Shown one piece after another: positions 57,712 through 64,000 of a stretch of DNA of 64,000 nucleotides. The translations under genes and the position numbers were made by a program. The stretch is taken from NCBI GenBank assembly GCA_903864315.1, contig CAIPFK010000100.1:7728-71727 (forward strand). Reading direction: 5' to 3'. Source of the stretch: an uncultured Burkholderiales bacterium. GTDB lineage: Bacteria > Pseudomonadota > Gammaproteobacteria > Burkholderiales > Burkholderiaceae_C. Every line of letters starts with the position of its first letter. The stretch's first letter is position 1. The notes beneath the pieces are model-generated. The model searched no databases. It saw only the letters and a list, made by a program, of their open reading frames with translations, and was not told the DNA's origin.

Positions 57712-58233
57712 ATGAGTGAAAAATTTCGTGTCGATTTCATTGAACCCGCCATGACCTATGAGGAGATCATTGCTCAGCAAGTGAGCAAAGTTCAAAAGGA
57801 TAAGCCCAGCGGCTTCAAAGTGAGCGCCCAGCTCCTCGATCAAGGACGAACGGACACCGTTCTTGCTGCCAGTGCTGGCCTGACAGTGCGGTTAAAAGTG
57901 TATGCATCAGGGGGAGAAAACGCCCTTCATACCCATGTCAATGAAGACCATGTGTTCATCTTGCTCGCGGGTTCTGCGGAGTTTCACAACGAGACAGGAT
58001 ATTTGGCGAATCTGAAACAGCATGAGGGGATATTGATTCCCAAAGGTAGTTTTTATAAATTCCATGCCACCAGCACAGAGCCCTTGGTGATGCTCAGAAT
58101 TGGTTCGCCCAATGAGTCCTTTTTGGGCTTGGAGGGGCGGGTCAATCCGCATGGGGACAAAGCCCATGCGGATTCATCACAAAACATGACCCAAGAAGTG
58201 GTTTTCAAAGCCAACGCGTTTTTTGGTCAATAA
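57712..58233 (+). CDS. Cupin domain protein
   Basis: GGENALHTH..EDH.F..L.G, IPKGSFY. Confidence 0.82.
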   Translation: MSEKFRVDFIEPAMTYEEIIAQQVSKVQKDKPSGFKVSAQLLDQGRTDTVLAASAGLTVRLKVYASGGENALHTHVNEDHVFILLAGSAEFHNETGYLANLKQHEGILIPKGSFYKFHATSTEPLVMLRIGSPNESFLGLEGRVNPHGDKAHADSSQNMTQEVVFKANAFFGQ

Positions 58234-58236
58234 GCC

Positions 58237-59226
58237 ATGAAGGTTTGTATCTTTGGTGTGGGGGCGGTGGGTGGCTATTTGTGCACTAAACTGGCACACA
58301 GTCCGATCATCAAGACCTTGAATGTGGTGGCCAGAGGCGCGCAGCTCCAAGCCATTCAAGACCAAGGCTTGCGAGTCCAAGATGCCCAAGGCGGCCCCGA
58401 TGAGTTTGCCCGTGTACACCAGGCCTCGGAAAAAGCCCAGGAACTGGGCCAGCACGATTTGGTGATCGTGACACTCAAAGCCAATTCCATTGTTCACAGT
58501 GCCCAAGAGATCAACGCGTTGACTCGCGCCCATGGGGTGGTGGTCTTTGTCAACAATGGAATTCCTTGGTGGTGGGATTATCCTGAAGAATTGAACACCC
58601 ATGGTGTCGGTGCATTGCACAGAGATGACATTTGGCGCGCGCTAGACCCCTCGAAGGTGCTGGGTTGTGTGGCGATGTCCAACAATGAGGTGGTCAGTCC
58701 CGGCGTGATCCGTCACAACAGCATGAATACTTGGTATTTGGGTGAGCCCAGTGGCAAGAGGAGTCAGCGTCTAGACCAAGTGGTGAGTGCGTTTGCAGGC
58801 GTGGGCCTTGGTGCCTTGGCGACCACTCAGATCAAGCTTGAAATTTGGCGCAAGTTGCTGCTCAATATTCCCAATCACGCCTTGGCAAGTTTGACCCGTC
58901 TATCGACCGATGAAATTTATGCCCATGATGGACTCGTTCAATGGGCCATTGATTTGACCAAAGACGTTGCTCTTGTGGCCTCATCCTACGGATTTGACTT
59001 GGGTGACACCACGCGAGAGATTGTGTTGAAAAGACTCAACCCCAATGTCAAGGGTTCCAAGCCTTCGATGCTTCAAGATGTGTTGAAGAATAAACCGCTT
59101 GAGATTGACGCTGTCTTTGGCTCGGTGGTCGAGTTGGCAAAGCGAAACAATACACCCATTCCGAACCTTGAGCATGCCTATGCCTTGCTTCAGGGCTTGA
59201 ATCGCCATCTCGAATTGAGCAGATGA
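58237..59226 (+). CDS. Ketopantoate reductase (PanE/ApbA) family protein
   Basis: IFGVGAVGG, NGIPWW, WRKL..N, SMLQD....LEIDA. Confidence 0.9.
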   Translation: MKVCIFGVGAVGGYLCTKLAHSPIIKTLNVVARGAQLQAIQDQGLRVQDAQGGPDEFARVHQASEKAQELGQHDLVIVTLKANSIVHSAQEINALTRAHGVVVFVNNGIPWWWDYPEELNTHGVGALHRDDIWRALDPSKVLGCVAMSNNEVVSPGVIRHNSMNTWYLGEPSGKRSQRLDQVVSAFAGVGLGALATTQIKLEIWRKLLLNIPNHALASLTRLSTDEIYAHDGLVQWAIDLTKDVALVASSYGFDLGDTTREIVLKRLNPNVKGSKPSMLQDVLKNKPLEIDAVFGSVVELAKRNNTPIPNLEHAYALLQGLNRHLELSR

Positions 59227-59258
59227 ATGCCATGGTTTTCATAGGAATGATGTGGTCC

Positions 59259-59272
59259 TAGGGTTAACCCTT
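59259..59272. promoter_or_regulatory. Palindrome TAGGGTTAACCCTT
   Basis: 110 bp upstream of bug gene at 59382. Confidence 0.55.
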
Positions 59273-59381
59273 TTATTTTTGAATTCAAAAACAGTCGCCA
59301 CTGCATCACTGTATTTCTACCAATTGACTTGAAGAACAACTCAGGTCAAATCCGTATTTCATAAAAAAACAAGAGGCATTC

Positions 59382-60350
59382 ATGCGTTTAATTCACGGTG
59401 CATTGGGATTGGTGTTTTTGGGGGTTCAATTGACTGGATTCGCACAAAGCGATTATCCAAACAAACCCATACACATGGTGGTGGCTTGGGCGCCTGCGAG
59501 TGGCATTGACATCGTGATGCGCAAACTCGCTGAGCCATTAAAAGAAGAGCTTGGGCAAACCATTGTGATCGAAAACAAAGCGGGTGCTGCAGGCGCCTTG
59601 GGATCGGCCTTTGTGGCCAATGCACCTGCAGATGGCTACACGCTTCTCTTTAATTCTGCAGCCATGAATATGCTCGCCGCCATGGGCACCTCGACTGCCT
59701 ACAAGATGCCTGAATCCTTCACGCCCATTCTCAACGTGTTCAGCTCGCCCATGGTCTTGGTGGCCTATCCCGGATTGGACGTCAAAACGCCTCAAGACTT
59801 GGTTGCGTTGGCAGTCTCTAAAAAAGGCGATCTCTTTTACGCGTCGTCTGGATATGGCGCCCCATCACACTTTGTCGCAGAATTGTTCAGAGCGCGCACA
59901 GGCATCAAAGCCACCTTGGTTCCCATGAAGAGTTCACCCGAGGCCATGATGGAGCAAATTTCTGGTCGTGTGGCGTTTCACTTTGCCGTGGCATCCACCG
60001 CTTTGCCGCCCGCTAAAGAGGGGCGAGTCAAAGCGTTGGCGGTCACGAGCAAAGAGCGTTTGAGCATTGCTCCAGAAATTCCGACCATGGAGGAATTGGG
60101 CTATCCCAATTTCAACGCAAGTTATTGGAATGGAATTTTTGGGCCCAAGGGCTTGCCGCAACCGGTTGTGGATCGTTTGGTGGTGGCTTTTAACAAAGTG
60201 CTCTTGAAGCCTGAAGTTCAAGAAAAGCTCATCAGCACAGCGAACGTGACCGATGCCAGTAGCAATGCGCCAAAATTCAACAAATTACTCAAAGATGATT
60301 TGCAACTCTGGAGCGATGTCGTCAAGTTTGCAAAGATCAAGCCCGAATAA
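59382..60350 (+). CDS. Bug/TctC substrate-binding protein
   Basis: YPNKPIHMVV, ENKAGAAG, ADGYT, IPTMEELG. Confidence 0.9.
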   Translation: MRLIHGALGLVFLGVQLTGFAQSDYPNKPIHMVVAWAPASGIDIVMRKLAEPLKEELGQTIVIENKAGAAGALGSAFVANAPADGYTLLFNSAAMNMLAAMGTSTAYKMPESFTPILNVFSSPMVLVAYPGLDVKTPQDLVALAVSKKGDLFYASSGYGAPSHFVAELFRARTGIKATLVPMKSSPEAMMEQISGRVAFHFAVASTALPPAKEGRVKALAVTSKERLSIAPEIPTMEELGYPNFNASYWNGIFGPKGLPQPVVDRLVVAFNKVLLKPEVQEKLISTANVTDASSNAPKFNKLLKDDLQLWSDVVKFAKIKPE

Positions 60351-60367
60351 AATTCAAATTCAGTCGA

Positions 60368-61156
60368 TCAGGCTCGTGCTTGCCAACCGCCATCCATGGG
60401 AATGGGAGTGCCAGTCATGTCCCTGGCTTCCTCCGAGCACAAAAAGAGAGCCAAAGCGGCCACATGCGCGGGGGTCACAAAACGCCGTGTGGGCTGCCTT
60501 GCTTTCAAAAAGTCGTTGGTGAAATCTTCAACGCTCACGCCTTGGTCGTTGGCACGCTTGACCACCAACTGTTTGATGTGATCGGTCTCCACGGCTCCCG
60601 GGCACAACGCATTGCAGGTGATGTTGTAGTCAACGCATTCCAGGGCAATCACTTTGGTCATGCCAACCAGGCCGTGTTTGGTGGCCACGTAGTCCAATCG
60701 TCCAGCCATGCCTTGAACACCGAAGATGGACGCCAAATTGATGATGCGTCCCCAGTTTCTTTCTTTCATGCCCGGTAAAACCAAGCGACTCAGATGAAAC
60801 GGTGCTGACAAGTTGACTGCCAAGGCATAATCCCATTTTTCAATCGGCATGCTGTCGACTTGGGCGTCAAATCGGGTCACGGCGTTGTTGACCAAAATGT
60901 CGATTTGGTGAAATTGCTTCAATGTGGTCTTGACCAAATCCTCTATTTCCGATGGCTTGGACAAGTCGGCCCCATGGTAAATCACTTGTGCACCCAAGGA
61001 CTTGATTTTTTCGAGTTGGGATTGGATCAATACCTCCTCACCCAAGCCATTCAAAACGATCCGAGCACCTTGTCGGGCCAAGGACTGGGCAATTTCAAAA
61101 CCAATACCACCCAGTGATCCTGTGATCACGGCCACTTTATCTTGAACTGAAGTCAT
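60368..61156 (-). CDS. SDR oxidoreductase, 3-hydroxybutyrate dehydrogenase-like
   Basis: TGSLGGIG, NNA, YVATKHG, MDGGW. Confidence 0.85.
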   Translation of the reverse strand: MTSVQDKVAVITGSLGGIGFEIAQSLARQGARIVLNGLGEEVLIQSQLEKIKSLGAQVIYHGADLSKPSEIEDLVKTTLKQFHQIDILVNNAVTRFDAQVDSMPIEKWDYALAVNLSAPFHLSRLVLPGMKERNWGRIINLASIFGVQGMAGRLDYVATKHGLVGMTKVIALECVDYNITCNALCPGAVETDHIKQLVVKRANDQGVSVEDFTNDFLKARQPTRRFVTPAHVAALALFLCSEEARDMTGTPIPMDGGWQARA

Positions 61157-61174
61157 GTGAGATGTTTCCTTGAA

Positions 61175-61915
61175 TTATTGACCATGGCGCAGTCGAGTGC
61201 CAATGATTTGACCCGTGGTGTACGTGCTGGCTTGTGTGGCCAAATACATCAAGGTGTGGGCGACCTCTTGGGCCGTCGTGGCCTTGCCAAGAACATCGGC
61301 GACGAGTTTGGAATCGTATTTGGTGGGGTTGGCCCCTCGCGAGAGGGGTGTGTCTGTCATGCCTGGGTTCAGTCCATTGACCGTCACGTTGTATTGGCCC
61401 ATGTGCAGGGCAAGGCTTTTGACAAGGGCAATCATGCCACCCTTGGAGGCCGCGTATTGAGCATAATCGGCCGAGCCATAAATGCCTCTGTCTGAGGTCA
61501 TCAAGATCATCGTCCCAGACTGTTGGGCCGCCATGATTTTGCCGGTTTCACGGGTGATGTAAAAGCTGCCATTGAGGTTAACGCGCAACGTCTCAAGCCA
61601 TTGTTCATCGGTCATCTCCAGCAGCGGGGCGGCGCGACAAATGCCCGCTGCGTGTATCAAAACATCAATGCGGCCGAAATGCGCATGGGTTTGGTTCACG
61701 AGAACGTTGACGGCACTTGAGTCGCCTACATCACAGACTTGGGCTTTGGTGAGAGACTGAAAGGGGATGCAAGTCTCGTGCGTTTGCGCCAGTTCTTCCT
61801 TGGCCACATCGGCCATCATGACTTGGGCACCTTGTTGCGCAAAATGAATGGCTGCGGCTCGGCCTATGCCAGATGCTGCACCAGTGATTAAAACAACTTT
61901 ATCTTTGATTGACAA
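61175..61915 (-). CDS. SDR oxidoreductase
   Basis: TGAASGIG, HAAG, YAASK. Confidence 0.88.
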   Translation of the reverse strand: MSIKDKVVLITGAASGIGRAAAIHFAQQGAQVMMADVAKEELAQTHETCIPFQSLTKAQVCDVGDSSAVNVLVNQTHAHFGRIDVLIHAAGICRAAPLLEMTDEQWLETLRVNLNGSFYITRETGKIMAAQQSGTMILMTSDRGIYGSADYAQYAASKGGMIALVKSLALHMGQYNVTVNGLNPGMTDTPLSRGANPTKYDSKLVADVLGKATTAQEVAHTLMYLATQASTYTTGQIIGTRLRHGQ

Positions 61916-61990
61916 GGGCTTCCCCTATTGGAAAATTTGAATTGCACAATATCATGTTTGTTGGCATTTTGTATAGAGGAGAAGCGAGCA

Positions 61991-62500
61991 ATGAGTGAGC
62001 CGTTCAAACGTGAGTTCAAAGTTTACAAAGAAGAAGATTACCCAAAAGACAAAAAAGCGAGTGACTACCAAGATTGGCCCAAGCAGGTTTTTCATGTGAG
62101 CCATTTGGAAGACAATTCTTTCAAGACCGATGGATTCAGGCCTTGGGCTCTGTCCAGAGACATGGGCATGGTCGAGGCCACTGGCGGTATGGTCGATGTG
62201 CATGTCAATCGACGCGCTCGCCCCTTCAATGCAAAAGACATTTCACACCGGCACTTTCACAATGTCCATTACCAAATGGTGTATGTTTTAAAGGGTTGGG
62301 TGAAAAATGAATTTGAGGGCCATGGTGAATTTTTAATGAAGGAAGGCAGTTGCTGGTTGCAACCGCCTAAAATCAAGCACACGGTTTTAGACTTTTCAGA
62401 TGATTTGGAAATTTTGGAAGTCATCATTCCCGCCAATTACGACACTGTGAATTTGAACGAACCACCTGGAGGCCATGTTAAAAATGAGCAGTCTGATTGA
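61991..62500 (+). CDS. Cupin domain protein
   Basis: HFH..YQMVYVLKGW, QPPKIKH. Confidence 0.82.
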   Translation: MSEPFKREFKVYKEEDYPKDKKASDYQDWPKQVFHVSHLEDNSFKTDGFRPWALSRDMGMVEATGGMVDVHVNRRARPFNAKDISHRHFHNVHYQMVYVLKGWVKNEFEGHGEFLMKEGSCWLQPPKIKHTVLDFSDDLEILEVIIPANYDTVNLNEPPGGHVKNEQSD

Positions 62501-63227
62501 AGTCAACGGCCCCATGAAGGGTCAATGGGCCATGATCACCGGCTCCAGTGCCGGGATTGGTAAAGCCTGCGCCATCACTTTGGCCAAAGCGGGTATCAAT
62601 GTGTTTTTGACGGGTCGCAATGAGGCAGCGTTGAAAGAAGTGCAAAAAAGTTGCAAAGACTTCGGCGTACAAGCTCAATATTTGGTGGGCGACTTGTCGT
62701 CTCGTGGTTTTGTCAAAGAGCTTGTGGATTGGAGCCAAGAGGCAGCCATTTTTATCAACAACGCCGGGTCATTGGTTTACGCGCCCATTTTGGAGGTGAC
62801 CACGGATGAATGCGCACAAATGTTTTCACTCAACGTCGTCGCGGCCTATGATGTGACACGAGAAATGGCGCTGCGCATGAAAGAAAGAGGTCGAGGGCAC
62901 ATGGTCTTCATCACGTCTTTGTCAGCTCGAAATGTGAATATGCATGCCGTGGTTTATGCCGCGACCAAGCATGCATTGTCTGCCTTTGCCAAAGGATTTC
63001 GTTTGGAATTGAAAAAAGACATGATCAAGGTCACTGAGATCGCACCCGGAATGGTGGATACTGAAATCCGCAATTCTGTGACTCACCCGGATGTTTTAAA
63101 AGCCATCGCCAGTCGACCTTTCTCTCCGATTTCCGCGCAAGATGTGGCTGATTCTGTGCTTTATGCCGTGTCGGCTTCTGATGGTTGTTGCCCCGATTTG
63201 ATCGAGCTACGACCCCGCTTGGGCTGA
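62475..63227 (+). CDS. SDR oxidoreductase
   Basis: TGSSAGIG, NNAG, YAATK. Confidence 0.88.
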   Translation: MLKMSSLIEVNGPMKGQWAMITGSSAGIGKACAITLAKAGINVFLTGRNEAALKEVQKSCKDFGVQAQYLVGDLSSRGFVKELVDWSQEAAIFINNAGSLVYAPILEVTTDECAQMFSLNVVAAYDVTREMALRMKERGRGHMVFITSLSARNVNMHAVVYAATKHALSAFAKGFRLELKKDMIKVTEIAPGMVDTEIRNSVTHPDVLKAIASRPFSPISAQDVADSVLYAVSASDGCCPDLIELRPRLG

Positions 63228-63261
63228 ATGTTCTGAGTTTTGAATTGAAAGTTTAAGCATC

Positions 63262-64000
63262 ATGGATCTTGGGCTCAAAGGCAAATCGGCGTTGGTGAGT
63301 GGTGCTTCTCAGGGGATTGGGAGAGCCATCGCAATTTCTTTGGCGAAAGAGGGCTGTGCGTTGCACTTGGTGGCAAGGCATGCGGACGCACTCAATGCTT
63401 TGGCTGAAGAACTCCGCAAAGATTATCAAGTGGCTGTTGACGTCCATCCGACTGATTTGATGCAAGCGGGTTCGGCCAAGGCGTTGATCGACACTTGTCC
63501 ACCTGTTGATATTTTGATCAACAATGCTGGCAATACGCCGCGTGGAACGCTGCTCACACTTGAAGAAGAGGAGTGGCGACCTGGGTGGGAGCTGAAGATC
63601 TTTGGCTATATCAATTTGTCCCGCGAGGTCTACCGCTACATGGTCAAGCGCCGATCGGGCGTGATTTTGAATGTCATTGGCATCGGCGCTGAAAGGCTTG
63701 AATATGCATATGTCGCCGGCTCAATGGGCAACGCTTCCTTGGTCGCATTCACGAAGACGGTGGGTAGTGTCAGTATGGATCATGGAGTCCGAGTTTTAGG
63801 GGTCAATCCAGGTTGGGTTGAAACTGAAAAATCGAAACGCTCACTTAAAAAACGAGCTTTACTCGAACTGGGCGACGAAAACAAGTGGCCAGAGCTCACC
63901 CGAATTTTCCCCAGAGGTCATTTGCTCGCGCCACAAGAAGTGGCCGATGTGGTGACGTTTGCATGTTCACCCCGGGCTGGAGCCATATCCGGTCACGTGA
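63262..64000 (+). CDS. Atypical SDR oxidoreductase (3' end beyond window)
   Basis: Manually translated MDLGLKGKSALVSGASQGIG..NNAG..VNPG; YxxxK replaced by GSMGN. Confidence 0.85.
   Translation, partial: MDLGLKGKSALVSGASQGIGRAIAISLAKEGCALHLVARHADALNALAEELRKDYQVAVDVHPTDLMQAGSAKALIDTCPPVDILINNAGNTPRGTLLTLEEEEWRPGWELKIFGYINLSREVYRYMVKRRSGVILNVIGIGAERLEYAYVAGSMGNASLVAFTKTVGSVSMDHGVRVLGVNPGWVETEKSKRSLKKRALLELGDENKWPELTRIFPRGHLLAPQEVADVVTFACSPRAGAISGHV

Overview
A dense, largely catabolic 64-kb region, probably from a Burkholderiales betaproteobacterium (inferred from the Bug/TctC expansion). It holds about 54 CDSs. Fourteen are Bug/TctC periplasmic binding proteins with no TctA/TctB partner in the window. 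They are interleaved with enzymes for cyclic amides, aromatics or N-heterocycles and organic acids: hydantoinase/oxoprolinase A+B, FAD monooxygenase, gentisate-dioxygenase-like cupin, TauD, two CocE/NonD hydrolases, LeuCD-like pair, BKACE, PrpD, acyl-CoA dehydrogenase, crotonase, racemase-like protein and SDRs. Several enzymes have non-canonical active-site motifs. No LysR/IclR/GntR/TetR regulator is present, but a TAGGG-N4/5-CCCTA-like palindrome recurs in several upstream regions. Two accessory blocks interrupt the catabolic genes. The first is an AT-rich block (~25.8-33.2 kb) with a double-TerB protein carrying 12/36-aa N-x-Q repeats, a probably co-transcribed 6TM channel lacking the GYG K+ filter, and a divergent 7TM-DISM kinase/OmpR pair; this is the best candidate for an undescribed system. 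The second (35.5-43.3 kb) has a 1729-aa repeat surface protein, DUF2076 and an orphan AerR/PpaA-like B12-binding protein. No rRNA, tRNA, CRISPR, integrase or transposase was recognised. All family calls come from motif recognition, not database searches.
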